In this document: in pieces, positions 35,901-49,170 of the stretch
Layout of the letters: each line of letters begins with the position of its first letter
Numbering within the stretch: position 1 is the first letter of the stretch
From: Vicugna vicugna
Taxonomy: Eukaryota
DNA length: 64,000 nucleotides
Assembly (NCBI GenBank): GCA_013265495.1
Contig: MU061527.1
Location: 434,001 to 498,000 of the forward strand
Direction: 5' to 3'
Program-made: the position numbers and the translations under genes
Notes under the pieces: model-generated
Told to the model about the DNA's origin: nothing
Seen by the model: only the letters and a program-made list of their open reading frames with translations
The model's database searches: none

Positions 35901-37729
35901 AAAGCAGGTGTGCCCGTGTGAGTGTGTGTGTGTGAAGCGTTCTGGCACCCCTGTTCCTTGGCGGCTGGAGTAGAGCCAGAGAAAGTGGTGACTGCAGGTT
36001 TCAGGGTTCCAGGCTGATAAGAGACAGGGCCCCTGGTTCCCGGGCTGGGCACGGCCAGGAAAGGTGCCTGCAGTGGCAGTTGGGCCAGGCCTGATCAGAA
36101 TTTGTTCCCTGTGCATCTCAGCTCCTAGCCCAGTGCCTGGCATGTAGTTGGTGTCTAATAAATGATGAGCTGTGAAAGAAGGTAGAAGCACACTGTTCCA
36201 GGGAACAGAAAGACCTGAGGGTATGCTCAGAGGTCAACCCCTGGAGCTCATGATGGGAGAAGACACTGGGAGGCCTTGAACCCCATGGGGAGGGTTCAGC
36301 CTGGGTGCAGACAGTACCAGGGAGGAGTTCACCCTCATTTCCAGATGCAGAGCTGGACAAGGAGCACCAATGGTGGGAGCTGGAAGCCTAGAGCGGGCCT
36401 GGGTGCTGGTCTCCAGGAAGGGCCTGTTGAAGGCCTCTTCCAGGGAGCCAATGGGCCTCACCCCAAGATCTCTAGGGGCTGCAGGCTCCCTAGGGAGCTG
36501 CAAGTGCCCGGCCAGGCGGACACCACAGGCAACCTGGCCACACCTCCAGGCCCAGGCCGTCTCCTTGGGTCCTGTGTCCCAGAGCTCCTGGGACAGGCTG
36601 GTGGCTGGAGCCCCCTAACCACGTTACCCAAGGAGCAGGAGAGCCCTGTGGTGCACAGAAGGTCGAACCCCAGCTCCTGGTCCTGTGGTGGGACTAACTT
36701 CATCAAAGCCCCCACCACAGCATTAACCACCTGACCTCCGGCCCTGCCGACCTGCTAATTTCTCCGATTACTGGCCATCCACGGCTGCGTCAAGTGGGCC
36801 CGCTTAGCCCTGGCAGCTGCGGGGCAAATCCACTTACGGCCTGGCGGCCGGGAAGTCGCACAGTCCTGGGGCTGGTGCACAGCAGAGATCATGGTGCTTG
36901 CGAGGCACAGGCGTTCCTGGACAGCCCAAGGGCCCCAGGCCCGGCTCACCATCAGCCCCTCCCTTTCTCCAAGCCTCGCGCCTGAAGCTGGCGCCTTCCC
37001 TCTGGGGCACAGACAGATCACGGCGTCGCCTCCCCAGTCCCCTGTGCTGACCGAGCGTGGCGGCTGACAGGCCAGCTACAAGTGCAACATGTCCTGCACC
37101 CCCTTCTCTGAATCCCTGTCTCAGCTCTTAGCCCCATTTGACAGATGGAGAGACCAAAGCCCAGACAGGCTGAGGTGCGACCAGGAGTGCACACTCAAGG
37201 TGCTGACGGCTGCTGCCTTCCCAGCCGCACGTCTCGCCACCCCACGACCCGGCACTGCCTGCACCAGACTCCTAGCATCGTGTCCTGGGCATGCTGTTCC
37301 CCCTGCCTGGCCTACCCTTCCCATCTCCTCTTGGCCTGTTAAATTCACCCTCGGAGGCCCCCCCGGGTCAGCTCGTGAGGGAGGCCTCACCAAGCTGCCC
37401 AGGGGCAGGATGCTCTGGCCAAGAGAATGTCACCAGGAGCCCCTTCTGGCCTGGCTGTGTGGGTGCTGAGGCTAAAGCAGTGGGGAAGTGGGGTGCCCCC
37501 AGAGCCCCCACAATCCAGAACACACACCCTGGCTTAGGACTGGCTGATCGGGTCCAGCTCAGGCCCGCTTCCCATGCAATGGGGCCCTGAGGCTTGGGGC
37601 TACGTTGAGGCCCTGGTGCTGGCCTAGCCCCAGTCTGGACCCTGCCCCAGGTGGGCTCATGGGGGTGAAGACCCCACCTTCAGATTGTAGCTCCCCACCC
37701 CCACTGGGGCCACCGCGTCCTGTCATTGC

Positions 37730-38000
37730 TCAGCCTACTCCCTGACTACCCTGTCACTCATTCTTCTCCAGCCCCACTGGCTCCTCCCCACCCTACATAC
37801 ACACCTGGCACACTCCTGCCTCAGGGCCTTTGCACTGGCCATGCCTGTGGCCTGGAACCCTAGTCCAAGCTTTCCTTCCCGTAGCCCCCTCTCTCTCTGT
37901 CTCCCTTCGGGCCTTTGCTCACCTCCCCCACTCTGGGCTGCAGCCCCTCCCCTCCTTCCTGAAGTGGGACTTCTGCACAGACTGACCATGTTGCCTGAAA
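37730..38000 (+). mobile_element. L2 fragment
   Basis: CTCCAGCCCCACTGGCTCCT...CTCCTGCCTCAGGGCCTTTGCACTGGCCATGCCTGTGGCCTGGAAC. Confidence 0.8.
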
Positions 38001-38479
38001 CCCACCTCTGCTCAGCCCCACTCACCCCTACCCCCATGTCCTCAGGGAGACCTCATGTCCCTCTTCCAGCCCCCACTCCAGGTCCCCACATCCATTCAGG
38101 GATCCAGCTCTCTGAAGGGTCCTGAATCCTGTGGGGAGCGAGGGGTCTCCCCATCACTGGGTGGACAGGAGGGTGTCCCTGCGTGTCCCTCCCGCACGAG
38201 GACTCAATGACACCAGAGCATTTTATAAGTGAGGGCACCAGAGCCCCGGGGAGGGACGTACCTTGGCTCACTTATGCACGAGCAGGTAGGGAGCCAGGTC
38301 CGCACGCTGACTGTGGCAGTCTGAGTGGCCACCTGTGAGCCCTGAGGCCTGGCCGGGGGCTTACACCAGGGCCGTGGCCTCTCTGCGGCCGAGGATTGGG
38401 GGCCGTGTTCTCAGCCCTGCTGGTGCCCACTAACGCTTCTTAGCCCTCTCCCCAGAGGCTTCTGCTGACCCCCGAAGAG

Positions 38480-38560
38480 GGACGGCTATTTGCCCCCATT
38501 TTACAGATGGGGAAACTGAGGCTCGGAGGCTTAGAGACTCGGACGGGGTCACGCAGCCAT
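38480..38560. mobile_element. MIR fragment
   Basis: CCCCATTTTACAGATGGGGAAACTGAGGCTCGGAGG...GGTCACGCAGC. Confidence 0.85.
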
Positions 38561-40064
38561 GCTCAGAGCCCGCCTGTCCCCCTCCTCTCTCCCTGCACCC
38601 GGCCTGGGGCCCAGGCAGCCTCGCCCCTTCCCTGGCCAGTTGATGTTATCACAGCTGATTTAATTTCAAAGACGGATTGAGCTGTGGCGGGAGGGAGAGC
38701 GGCTAATCGCAGCGGCCATCTGCCCCGTTGTCATGGGGATGGGCTCCCAGCAATCGTGCAGGGGCTGGACCCAGATAAGGGCACTGGAGTGGGCTGGAGG
38801 GGACGGCAGTGGGTGGGGTGTGGATGGGCAGGAGCATGGGGGCCAAGGAGGGACCCGGAGACCCAGGGGAGGCAGGGGCACAGAGACGTGAGGGAGACAG
38901 CTTGGTGGTGCCCAAGGGAGGAGAGATGGAAACACGGAGAGACACCGGGGAATCGCAGGCGAGAACAGCCCCGCAAGGCTGCTGGGGGCAACAGCAGGGC
39001 GAAGGGGTGCCTGGCCCCACTGCCCTTCCCAGATCCCTACTGAGCCCGCTGCAGCCCTGCCAGTGCCCGCACTGGGGACTGGGGAGTCCTCCCCAGTCTG
39101 CCCCCGCCTCTCCCACAGGGTCGCAGACCCCAGGGTCCCTCCTTGGTCAGGCGGGGCCCAAGCTCAGCTCAGAGTTGGGACAGCAGCTGCTTACAAGAAG
39201 CTCGGTCTGGCTTTGCAATCACCTCTTCACAACTTGCCAAGTCAACAACGGCCTCATGTCGCGGCCAGAGGGGGTGCCGAGCACCTACTGCATGCCTTGC
39301 CCACCGCCCGTCACCCACGCCTCCCCACGGCCCTGCCCACCTTACAGCACAGGAACCTGGGAAGAGACCCCCCACTGTAATTTGTTCAACAAATTTCATC
39401 TGTCTTCCCCGGATGCCAGGCCTGGGGAGGTGCGGGGACAGGACCTCGGGCTCTGCTGCTGGCCCCACGCAGCCCCTCCTGGGCGCCTCAGGCCCTCCCC
39501 AAGGCACCCTGGCCCTGCTCTCACGGTGGACACCCGGCTCGTTCCACCTGAGGTCTGTGCGCCCTCCCCGGGGAACTCTCCCCTGCCTGATGGGGAGGGA
39601 GCCCCATCACCCCACCACGGCCCTCCCCGTGCTGTCCACCATCGTCCCAACCTGCCTCTGCGTCAGGGTCCGACTTCAGATCTGCACACCCACTGTGTGC
39701 TGGCGGCCCCCAGGCATCTCACGAGGACCTGGGGAGCTCCCACTGTGGACCCAGAGACCCGACGCCTGCCCCAGCCTTCTCTGCCGGAGGTACCCCCCTG
39801 CTCCAGTGCTCCGAAATGCTTTCTTTTTCTCTGAGGGCAACGATCATTTGTAACTTGTTCTAGAGTCAGTCACTGCTAGTAGCCTGAAGTCTAGACTCCC
39901 CACAGTGGCTCACAGGAAAGCATCAGAATCCCCTCCAGGCTCAGGACAAATTCCAACTTCCCACCCTGTCCTCAGGTGGCAGCCTGTAGAGTCTTCACCA
40001 CATCCCAGCCCCGCCAGACCCCAGACCTCAGCCTTGCCACCTCCCACCCCCTTCTTTTACCTGC

Positions 40065-40340
40065 AATGGACGATTGATTGATTGAGGTACTGATCATTGC
40101 AGTGACATACACACAACTTACAACTGACCATCTTACCCACCTCTGGGTACACAGGTCAGGGGCACGGAGAACACGCACATCATTGTGCAGCCCTCACCAC
40201 CACCACCTCCAGAATGTTCCCATCTTCCCCAAACCGAAAGTCTGTCCCACCAACCACTGGCGCCCCCGCCCCGCCCCCAGCACCCCCTCCACTTTCTATG
40301 TCTAGGAGTTTGACGGCTCCAGGCCCCTCATATGAGTGGG
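40065..40340 (-). mobile_element. L1MB-like 3' end
   Basis: CACATCATTGTGCAGCCCTCACCACC...CTCCAGAATGTTCCCATCTTCCCCAAACCGAAAGTCTGTCCC...CCACTTTCTATGTCT. Confidence 0.8.
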
Positions 40341-41374
40341 ACGTCGCAGGACTCCGCCTCCTGTTGGGGTCTGTTTGCTGTTTGGACTTGCCTGCCCTCT
40401 CCTGACTTGGTGGACTGACAGTTCCACCCCCAGTGGGTGGCATGGCTGTGGGCACGTGGATTCCCCCAAGCCCAGCGGCTGGGGGGGCAGTAAGAAGCAG
40501 CATTTGGTTACATACAGGGCGATTCTGCGTGGACACACCTGTGTGACAAATTTGACTTGTACCTTGCAGCTCGCACTCACTATAACACATCAGAAATGTA
40601 CAGAACACTGAATTAAACCCCAGCAGACACGCCCAGTCAGGTCCCCGGAGGCTCCCTGGGACGGCTCGCCCAGTGTCCCAGCCAGTACCTTGGAAACCTC
40701 TACAGTGCGTGGACGTATTTTTTCCTTTTTAACTAGAACGAGCACATCATTCCAAGTGTGTTGTGATACACAAGCTTTGTCCACAAACAACACACTGTGG
40801 CCGGTGGCTGCCCCCCAAGTCATGCAGACTGGACAGGTGGGACCACGGGAGGGGGCGCAGGCCTCGCGGGGAGAAGAGGGGCGCTTGGGGGTGGGGCACG
40901 TCCCGGGCCGCTGGACCACCAGCCTCCTGCTGCCTCCCGCCAGGTGTTCTCTCCTGGAGGTAGATGCCCGTGGCCGCGGGGCTTGGGGAGTGGAGGCCCC
41001 TGCTCCATCTCTGCTGGGCTGTTTCTGCCGCCGGCCCTGGCAGGTCTCAGGTGGGCAGTGTGGGGTGGCCCCGTGGGGAGCTGTGGGGGTTGCCGACCTC
41101 CAGCCTCCAGTGAGATGTGCACCAGCTTCTGGCAGGAGGGGTGGGGTCCAGCCTCAGGTTCCTTATCGGCCTGGCTGCCCGCTACGTGGAGCCCCTCCCG
41201 CTGGTGGCGGGCAACGCCTCCCCCGCACGTGCCCCTTCCGCCCTCCCCTTCAGCCGCCAGGGGCTCCCGCTTTAGCTCGCCCCTCTCCTCGCCTCCAGAA
41301 CGTCTTTTCCTTTGTGATCGGGGCCTTCGCTTTCCTTAGGGCTCCTCAGGGAAGGAGCCTGGATCCGCTTCCTG

Positions 41375-41800
41375 TGTCTCTGGTAACAACCTACCTCCAA
41401 CTTCATGGCTTAAAGCGACCACACTTACTCTCTTCTGGGCCTGAAGGTCAGCCTCCAGCCGGGCCTCCCTGGGGTCAGATCAGTTGTGGGCAGGGCTGCG
41501 CTCCTTCTTGAGACTCGGGGAGACACGGGCTCACGCGGCCTGTGTTCCTTGGCGTGCGGCCCCATCCTCCTCCTCGAGAGCCGACCGTGTAACGTCTCCT
41601 AGCCCCTCCCTCTGACTCGGAGCCCGCTTCCCTCTCACGAGGACCCCGGTGATTCCTCAGGCCCGCCGTAGGAGCCAGGGCCCTCTCCTCCTCAAGAGAG
41701 CCTGAGTTTAATCACACATGCAAAGTCCCTTCTGCCGTCCGAGGTGGCCCCCAGCTTCTGGGGCTCAGGATGTGGACATCTCTGGGGGCTGTAACTGAGC
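41375..41800. mobile_element. MLT1 (MaLR) solo LTR
   Basis: GGTAACAACCTACCTCCAACTT...GGCTTAAAGC, GGCAGGGCTGCGCTCCTTCT, TTTAATCACACATGCAAAGTCCCTT, GGATGTGGACATCTCTGGGGG. Confidence 0.85.
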
Positions 41801-44189
41801 TGCCCCAGGGCCTGCAGCGAGAACGGGGCAAAGCGGCCACTGAGAGGCCAGCTCAGGGCCACCTGTCCCCCAACAGCCTCCCGCCCGGGAGGGCGCTTCA
41901 CTGCTGGCACCCCTGGGGCACGGCCTGGCCACGGCGCCCACGCCCTGAGCGGCGGGAGGAGGGTGGCTTGTGTCTGGGACTGGAGTGAAGGAGGAGGCCA
42001 GGAGGCTGCGTCCAGGAGCCAGGGTAGGAGGGAGGCCCTGCACAGCGGGGCCGGAGCCCTCAGCTGGGCAGCAGCTGGCTGGGTCCAGGACTTGCTCAGC
42101 CCCGCCGGCTGGAGACCCCAGGCTATTTTGGAATTGCTTCTCCACCTTTCAAATCTCCCCCTCCCCCTGACAATGCCCAGTGGTCACTCCCCAAGGCCTG
42201 CTGCCTGCCCCAGAGCCCCTGACCTCTCGTCCATCCGGAGGCACGAGGCACCCCTCTTAGTGAGCCCTGCGAATGGTCTGGGTAGGCCGGGCTCACAGAG
42301 AAGAGCTTGTCCGGGGCAGGCGTCCCAGGAGGCTGGTTTTGTGTCAAGAAAAGATTTGATCACAGCCTCCACCAGCATCTTACAGGGGTCTTGGGCCCAC
42401 CCCATGTTAAGTGTGACCTCAGATGACATCTCTGAGCCCCCTACCCCCTTCCCCCGCTGGGGCTTCCTGGCCCCACGTCCCCTGCTCTGGCACTCCCTAG
42501 CTTGGTGGGGTTTGGCCAGCGGAACAGGCCTCCCCTCCATGGGGCCTGGGAGACATGGGAGCTGGGCAGCGCGGGGCAAGGGCCGCCCTCCCCACCAACC
42601 ACACTGCGCTGTCACACCCCCAAAGCAGGAACCTGGCACCACCAGCTACTTGAGCCCCCAGGCGCCGTGGTTACGCCTGCGGTCACCCAAGCAGCCGGTC
42701 AGGAAACCCCTGGGGTCGTGGGGTTCTGAGGTGGTAGCAAGGGTACATATGAACCATCTTCTCCTCCAGATGCTCAGGCCCCAGTGCCACCCAGGACCCT
42801 AGGCCACCCGCACACGCCTCCTCACAGCCACGCCTCCAGCCACACAGCTCCCACGCCCAGTGTGCCCTTCCCGCTCCTCACTGTCAGGGCTGAGAGGAGC
42901 CGTCTTCCTGTGGCCCGTGGCCCCGCCACCCCGTTTCTCCCTCCTTTGGGACCACAGGGGTTGGGCTCTCTCCACTTCCAGGTTCCTGAATATCGTCTGC
43001 CTGGAAGTCGGGGTGCCAGCTCCTGGAGGGCAGGGCTGGCCTCTGCCGGTCCCCAGCTCGCCCAGTGCCGGCAGAGCCTGCTGGGTGGAGAAAGCTTTCC
43101 CTGCCAGCTAATGGAGACCAGGCTGGTGTCCTGGACCCTTGTGGGCCAGGCCTGGGCCCCTTCCCCACTCTGCTGGGTCCTGCGCACTGCCCTGACGCGT
43201 GCCATGGTGGGCCCTCCACCACGTGGTCCCAACACTGTCCTTGGGGTTTGACAGGGCCCCTTTAGGAAAGGAGGGCAAAGGCGGTCATTGCAGACTGATT
43301 CCCACACTTGCTTTAAATAGATGTTTAATTTAGAAGTTAATTATTAATTAGGTTTATCAATTGCCTGCTGGTTGCTGGCCGGGAAAGGCTGGCTCGAGGA
43401 ACCACCCACCTGGGTGTGTCTGTGTGTCTCCATGAAACGAGTCAGCTGCGCTGTCTCTTTGCGCGTTGCTTCATACACAAATTTGGCTGCTGGATCTCCT
43501 CCCAGCAGGCCCAGCTGGTTGGAGAGCGCTGGTACCACGCAGACCCAGGGCTAACCTGGGCAGCGTGGTCTTGGCACCTCCACGGCTGCCATGCTGGCCC
43601 CGGCACTGCCTCCCCGTCTTCCCTCTGCCTCGGGCACCAGACCGTCCACCTGTGGGGCTGTGCCGTGGGTGCCATCCAGGACGCCCACGGATGCCGCTCG
43701 GTCCTTGTGCTGAACGTGAGCTTAGTCTCTTCCTGCCCAGATCTGACCCCATTCTAGGCTCCTTCTCAAGAGTGGTCCCTCTGGCCACCTGCATGCCCAC
43801 CCCGTCACCTGGGAATCCTCCCTCTCAGACCCTGTGCCCTGGGAATTCGCTCTCTGTGTCCTGCGCACTGCCCGGCGCTGAGCCTGCGCAGACCGTCCCC
43901 TGGAGCAGACGGGGAGGCCAGATGGGAGATGTCTGGGGGACAGCACTCCCCGCAAGCCCTGAAGAGCAGAGGGCTCCGAGCCGAAGCGGGTGGGAGATGC
44001 GGAAGCGCCTGGATCACCCTCCAAGGCTCGTGGGCCTTCTAAGGGCCGTGCTCTCTGTTGGGTGCGTGGGAGGCCGTGGGAAGCTGTGGAGCAGAGAAGC
44101 GCTCACTTACGTTTTGGGGGGTCACTGGGACTGTTGGGGTGGAGTGGGGCGGGGGAGGCTGCTGCGGCTGTCGGCTGGGGGGCCTCCCA

Positions 44190-44620
44190 CCAGGAGGGCA
44201 GTGGGGACGGTGGTACAGTTGAAGAGGATCCGGGAGACAGAACTGGCGAGCTCTGCCGATGGACTGGGCACCGGGGGAGAGGAAGGAGTCGAGGGTCACT
44301 CTGAGGTCTCTGTCCTGATAAGACACTGTCCCCCCCATTCACTGGGACGGGGACGACTGTGGGGCAGGCAGACTCGTGGAAGGAAGTCTAGAGTTCAGTT
44401 TGGGGCGTGCTGAGCTTGACCCGCATGCTAGGCCGCCCAGTAAGCGATGCCCAGTAACTGCGTGGAGACGTGACCTCGGGTTCAGGAGAAAGATGAGGAC
44501 CAGGGGGATATCAACATCCATCAGCTCCTGCAACGTGCTTAGAGGCCGAGAATGGGTGCGATCACCAGGTGTGGGCAGGGATGGAGGAGGCTCCAGGGAC
44601 GCTCAGAGGCCAAGGGAGGA
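44190..44620 (-). mobile_element. L2 fragment
   Basis: GAGTTCAGTTTGGGGCGTGCTGAGCTTG...GGGTTCAGGAGA...GATCACCAGG. Confidence 0.75.
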
Positions 44621-45231
44621 GGTGGGAGTGAGGGAGGAGAGGCCGGGTGGGCCCCATCTCGGGTGCCGCCTCGGCCCTTCTGCCCCTTCTGAGCCCCACG
44701 TTTCCTGCAGGCCAGGGGCTTGATCACCTTCAGGCCAGAGTCCCTGACAGGCCCACTGCATTGGCGACGTGTGCTTCCTGCGGGGTCGCTAAGGACACGC
44801 CGAACGTCTGATCACTTCCTTTCTGCGAGATTAAAATTGACCAGGGGCTCCAGTTCTCAGCCCGGCCCATTCACGACAAAGCAACGGTCTGCTTTTCACT
44901 AACAATTTCGGGGACCGCTGATGGCGGTGCCTAATACCACCAGGAGAGGGTTGCAAAGTCTCATTCCCTTTCCACTGATCACTTGGAATTTTCCTGATCA
45001 GTTAATCTTGAGAAACAGTTCGCAAAGGAAAGGAGGATAAATGGTTTTTCTTTTCCTTTATTTAAAATTGTGTGGTTCTGGGAAGGCACGCCCACCCCTG
45101 CTCTCAGAGCTAACTCCTCCCAAACCTGACACCACATCGTTGCTCACGGGACGCGTTCAGCAGTGTCCACTGAGTTTTTAAAATGTCATTTATTAAACAT
45201 TTAACACACTTCTTGAAAACTTGTTTTTATT

Positions 45232-45412
45232 TTTAAGTTTTTTCCAGTTTTGCTGAGCTATAAGTAACATACATCAGGGTGCGAGCTGAGGTGTTCAGCG
45301 TAATGACTTGATGAGCACGTGCGGGGAAATCACCACCACGGTGAGCTCAGTTAACGTCCGTCATCTCACAAGGGTACCAAAAAAGAAATTAGTTTTTCCT
45401 TGCGATGATTGA
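45232..45412 (-). mobile_element. L1MA9-like 3' end
   Basis: TTTTTCCAGTTTTGCTGAGCTATAAGTAACAT...GAAATCACCACCAC...GTTAACGTCCGTCATCTCAC...TTTTTCCTTGCGATGA. Confidence 0.7.
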
Positions 45413-48400
45413 CATACTTATTTCAAGTACTTAAAGAGCAGAAAAATCAAAACCCAAAATTAATCACTCCCAAGTCCCACCACCCAAAATAATCACGGTC
45501 GACCCCAGAGGGAGTGAGATTCCAGACACCACCTGCACGAACAGGAAAGATGGAGCTGGGTCCCTGGTGTGGAAATGGGGCATATTATGGTGGTTTAACA
45601 TCACTAAAGGCTGCATTGCATTTTACGGACTTCACCGGAGGGAGGAAGGCTGGATGTGCCCCTGCAGGAAGTGCTGGCGCTGGGTCTGCCAGCCAGCATC
45701 CTGCAGGTCCATTCCCCGGGTGACACCGTGCTCCGCAGACCCGGGTGGGTGACACACGCGCCCTCCCCATCCCGTGAGGCACGTGAGGCTCACAGTGCCA
45801 GTGCAGACCTCAGGGGTCCCAAGGCCTGGACAAGCTGGGGAGTCCCTTTTGGCAAAAAGGACAAGCTCTTGTCCCTCGCACCTCCAGCCAAGAAGAAAGA
45901 GGCCCAGCCCTCAGTGGGCCCCGGCATCCGGGGTGCAGCCAACATCACACTAGGAAATGCTGCCCAACCCAGTCATTAGGTGACGCAAAGGCTGCAAGTT
46001 CTGAATGCAGCCCAGAGCAAGAGGCGCCTCTGCGGGGGGTGCAGACTGTCATCAGCTGCCCCCAGTCACCTGACCTGCAGGCCCAGCAGATGGTGGTGGG
46101 CACAGCTCCGCATGGAGCTGCTGGCCAGCCCTGGTGGGAGGGGTCAGCACAGATGCTCAGAGGCCCCAGCATGGCCAGGCGACTCTGAGAGTAGCTCCCA
46201 GAATGCTTAAGGGCCCCGAGGGGCCGAGCATCTGGTGGGGGAACGTCCCATGACTGGGTGACTGGGTCTGGTCCTCATCAGACCCACAGCCGGGTCTGGG
46301 GCCGGCCCCCTGCATGGAGCACCAGACGGGGAGCACGCTGCGGCCTCCCACATTCCCCATCTCTGTTGTACCCACACCCACTCCTCTGCCCACCTGGGGC
46401 CTCCCAGGATGGTTCCCCAAGGTCAATGGATGGAGGAGAAAAAGACGAGGCCTGGCTCACGATGGCTCTGCTGGACACCAGCCTGAGGAGGGGGCATTGC
46501 TAAAGGAGAAGGGTCAAAAGAGGTGGTCTGGGCGGTGGCCCCTCGCTTACCTGAGGGGAGGGAGGAGCCACCTGGGGAAGGGGCAGCTGGACCCCAGGGA
46601 CGTCAGCTGGTGGCTTGCAGGTTGGTTGTGGGCCTGGAAGAAGCAAGAGCTGCTGAGGACAGAGAGTCGGGGGATTAACTTTCTGGGCAGGCACAGAGCG
46701 TGTAGCCCCCCAGCCCCAGGAGAGATGCGCCAACCCGGGGGCAGGACCACCTGCCCGGCGACCACTCCCATGTCTGCACGTGGTCTGGGCGGGGCGCACA
46801 CGTACAGAGGCCCAACAGCTCCCACCACCATTGCGGGCAAACATCCCACCCTCACGGCAGAGACTGAAGCTGGGTGCCAATGGGGTCACCGCAAGGGGAC
46901 TGGCCGGCAACTCACCTCTACTGAGCTGACGACCCTGTACTGCCATTCCGCTCACAGGGGCCTGGTGGCTGCAATTCACCAGCCGGGCAGGTGGCGCCTC
47001 AGTCAGTTTCCCCCTGACCAAGCACATGGGGAGCAATCCCAGTGGTCACTCTCTCAACTTACCCCAGGGTGGGACCTCATCTCTGCCGGTCTAGACGCCA
47101 GCTCATCACACACGATGGGCCCCTAGGTGGTCCCCAGGTCCCTGTCCTGCTGCCTGCTGCCTCCCGACCTCCCCGAGCCCCCCCCTCATGGCCCTGCGTG
47201 GGGTGGCGTCCCCCTCCTCTGGGACTGTGTGTAGAAACGACCTCTTCGATGGCAGCCATTTCCTGGTCCATGGGCCTTAGTGAACCTCAGATTTTCGGAA
47301 TACACTGTTTAAACCATGCCCTGTATCGGACACCTCTGTGGCCCACCTCAAGTCCTCCCAGCCTCGCTCGTCCTGGCCGCGGCCCTAGGTGACCATCTGG
47401 TCGGTGCTGACAGCCCAGCTGTCTCTGACACAGCATGAGGACCGCCCGCAGGACCTGTTGGGAAACGAACCCAGAAGTTTGGAGGCTGATGGACAAGCCT
47501 CGCCCGGTGGGGTGGCAGCCCGTGGCTACATCCTCTGTTGTCCCTGGGGTGGCCAGTTCTCAGCCCGAGCCTGAGGTGTCTCAGGTGGCACGGTGGAGTC
47601 TGTACCCACTGACTGTATGCCAACAATGCCTCCTCCTGCTGGCTTTTCCCCTTGCCATGCCCCGCCCCCCAGGGCGCCCCCATTCCCCGGGACTACTTCC
47701 CACAGATACTTCCTGCAAACCCCATTTCAGGCTCTGCGCTCGGACCCGAGGGCTGCCTTTCCCCAGGTCTGTGCTGAGAAGGAGGGAGTCCTGTGCAGAG
47801 GACTAAGGGCTCTCCCCCATGAAGTGGGGGACCACAGCCTCTCCCTGGGCTGTGAGATCCCTGAGGGTGAGTAGTCAGGGTCCAGGCAGGGAAGGGTGAC
47901 ACTCAAACCAGGGGTCAGGGCTCTGGGGCATGGTGACGTGAAGACAGCAGGAAGCCGTCGGCCCAGGAGAGCAGGCTAGGAGGACAAGCTGGCCCAGGTC
48001 TGATAGACATGACCAAGCCTGTGGCCACCTGAAACGTGGAGCCCTGGGCCACCTCACACCCGGGCAGCCTCAGTCTACACTGCCTCCTGGCTTCAGCACC
48101 TTGCGTGTGCACGTGCAAACGCCTACCTGCAGCACATCCTGCCTGGGCAACCCTGGGCCTGCACCACCCCTCCCCGGAGTCACCTCTCTCTGGGGGCAGG
48201 GAAAGGGGGTGCAGAGAGGGCATCCGTGTGGTCCCCGAAAGCTGGCAGCAGCAGCTGGGACAAGATAGGCGCAGGCCACACAGCACCTCTGAGCCTGGCC
48301 GGGCCTGGGCCACCCCGTCTCAGCCCCGCATGGGTCTCCCATGCCCCAGCCAACCTGCAGAGACCTCACCTCGGCCATCCACCCAGGGCCACCTGGACTA

Positions 48401-49110
48401 ACCAGTCCTGCCAGAAACTGGATCCAGCCACAGAGGCCCCTCCCTGGAGGTGTGTGAGGTAAACCCCCACCTTCCCCTGCCTCCCTTTCCCGCCTGAGCC
48501 AGAGAGCCAGGGCCTGGGGAGGTGTGGGCGGCGGGTTTCCCCTCCCCTCGCCCACCCTCCCCTGTAATGGCGGGGCTGAGCATGGGCTGGACTGACACAC
48601 AGTCCCCTGGACAGAATGACTGACGCCCCTCTCCCCAGCAACTCCTCAGCCTGAGCTGGGGACCACCTGGTGGGGTGAGGGAGGGTGGGGTCGGGAGGTG
48701 GGATCACCGAGGAGAACCCAGCAGCCACCCAGAGGGAGGGCCGTATCACACCCCAGCACCCCGCTTTCCTCCACTGAGCCCCTGTCGTATGTGCCCCCAC
48801 GCGCCTGGCTTCACGCACTCCCCACGGGCCCTGGGGCTCATTGTAGGTGTCACCATGTCCCCACCTTCCAGACGAGGACGCTGAGGTCATGCGAGGCCAG
48901 GGACGCCCATCTGCCCTGCAGCCATCCTGGTCTGCACACGACAAGTACACTTTCCCTGTCGTCCTGGCCACTCTTCTGAAGATGAAGTCCTGGAAGTGAA
49001 ATCACTGGCCCAGCGCTCCCACGGAACTGGAATTCGGGCGGCGCCCGCGGGACTCACCTGGGGGCGGAGGGGGAGGGGCCTGCCCGCAGCGCCCAGCGCC
49101 CAGGCCATGG

Positions 49111-49170
49111 GTCACTTGCTCTCCCCCAGGGTGGGCTGAGGTCACTTGCTCTCCCCCAGGGTGGGCTGAG
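49111..49170 (+). repeat. Perfect 30-bp tandem duplication
   Basis: GTCACTTGCTCTCCCCCAGGGTGGGCTGAG twice, identical. Confidence 0.97.

Noticed and set aside
23245-40340. Oppositely oriented L1MB-like copies flanking DNAJB8 as a composite or inverted-repeat element
   Set aside because: Both are old, independently decayed fragments with low mutual identity; such pairs are common by chance.
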